Origin: Priapulus caudatus | Lineage: Eukaryota | Assembly: GCF_000485595.1 (NCBI RefSeq) | Contig: NW_014577064.1 | Location: forward strand, 1,250,541-1,305,047 | Direction: 5' to 3' | DNA: 54,507 nucleotides | Shown: positions 53,990 through 54,507 of the stretch, one piece after another | How the letters are laid out: every line of letters starts with the position of its first letter | Numbering within the stretch: position 1 is the stretch's first letter | Notes under the pieces: model-generated | Database searches by the model: none | Told to the model about the DNA's origin: nothing | The model's input: only the letters and a program-made list of their open reading frames with translations | Translations under genes and position numbers: made by a program

Positions 53990-54199
53990 ATATGTGATTA
54001 CGGGCTAGCCAGGGTGGAGGAGTCGGACGCACAGCGGCACATGACGCAGGAGGTGGTGACTCAGTACTACCGGCCGCCCGAGATCCTCATGGGCGCGCGT
54101 CACTATGACTACAGTGTAGACCTCTGGTCCGTCGGCTGCATATTTGCAGAGCTCATCGGCCGCCGCATCCTGTTTCAAGCGCAGACGCCGCTACTGCAG
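53990..54199 (+). CDS. NLK: Nemo-like kinase, coding exon 6 (activation segment with TQE); gene continues past the window
   Basis: Acceptor tttgcag|, then ICDYGLARVEESDAQRHMTQEVVTQYYRPPEILMGARHYDYSVDLWSVGCIFAELIGRRILFQAQTPLLQ. The TQE motif is NLK-specific. Donor GTTGGC at 54200. Confidence 0.96.
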
Positions 54200-54206
54200 G
54201 TTGGCC

Positions 54207-54507
54207 ATTGTTGTTGTTGTTGTTGTCATTGCTGTCATTGTTGTTGCTGTCAATGCTGTTATTGTTGTCAATGCTGTTGTTGTTGTTGTTGTCATTGCTG
54301 TTGTTGTTGTTGCTGTCATTGCTGTTGTTGTTGTCAATGCTGTTGTTGTTGTTGTTGTCATTGCTGTTGTTGTTGTTGCTGTCATTGCTGTTGTTGTTGT
54401 CAATGCTGTTGTTGTTGTTGTTGTCATTGCTGTTGTTGTTGTTGCTGTCATTGCTGTTGTTGTTGTCAATGCTGTTGTTGTTGTTGTTGTCATTGCTGTT
54501 GTTGTTG
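54207..54507. repeat. Higher-order (GTT/GTC/GCT)n tandem repeat directly after the NLK exon 6 donor
   Basis: Repeating GTTGTTGTCATTGCT / GTCAATGCT units running to the window end. Confidence 0.9.

Noticed and set aside
54191..54493. Thr-rich mucin-like ORF on the - strand
   Set aside because: Translation of the intronic (GTT)n-derived tandem repeat.

Overview
Repeat-rich, intron-containing genomic DNA from an invertebrate bilaterian, in draft-quality assembly with three gaps of exactly 25 N. Almost every ORF in the supplied track is microsatellite noise; the real genes appear only after manual splicing. (1) A Nemo-like kinase (NLK/nemo) gene on the + strand has six coding exons from 24716 to 54199 and continues beyond the window. 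Its third intron is a U12-type (minor spliceosome) intron at the position of the conserved MAPK-family minor intron. The kinase carries unusual DFG->DYG and APE->PPE substitutions. (2) Two tiny + strand exons (4375-4402, 4837-4869) encode the end of a probable NPY/NPF-type neuropeptide precursor (R|YGKR...), with the diagnostic phase-2 intron in the Arg codon. (3) A 3-exon - strand gene encodes a ~115-aa secreted, cysteine-rich single-VWC (SVWC/Vago-like) protein and is present in two imperfect copies. (4) A ~9-11 kb block upstream of NLK (15273-24189) is repeated inside NLK intron 1 (26266-37179), probably as a haplotype or gap-filling artefact. The two versions reveal a presence/absence MITE insertion. 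Several MITE and hairpin families, telomere-like TTAGGG tracts and minisatellites fill the rest.
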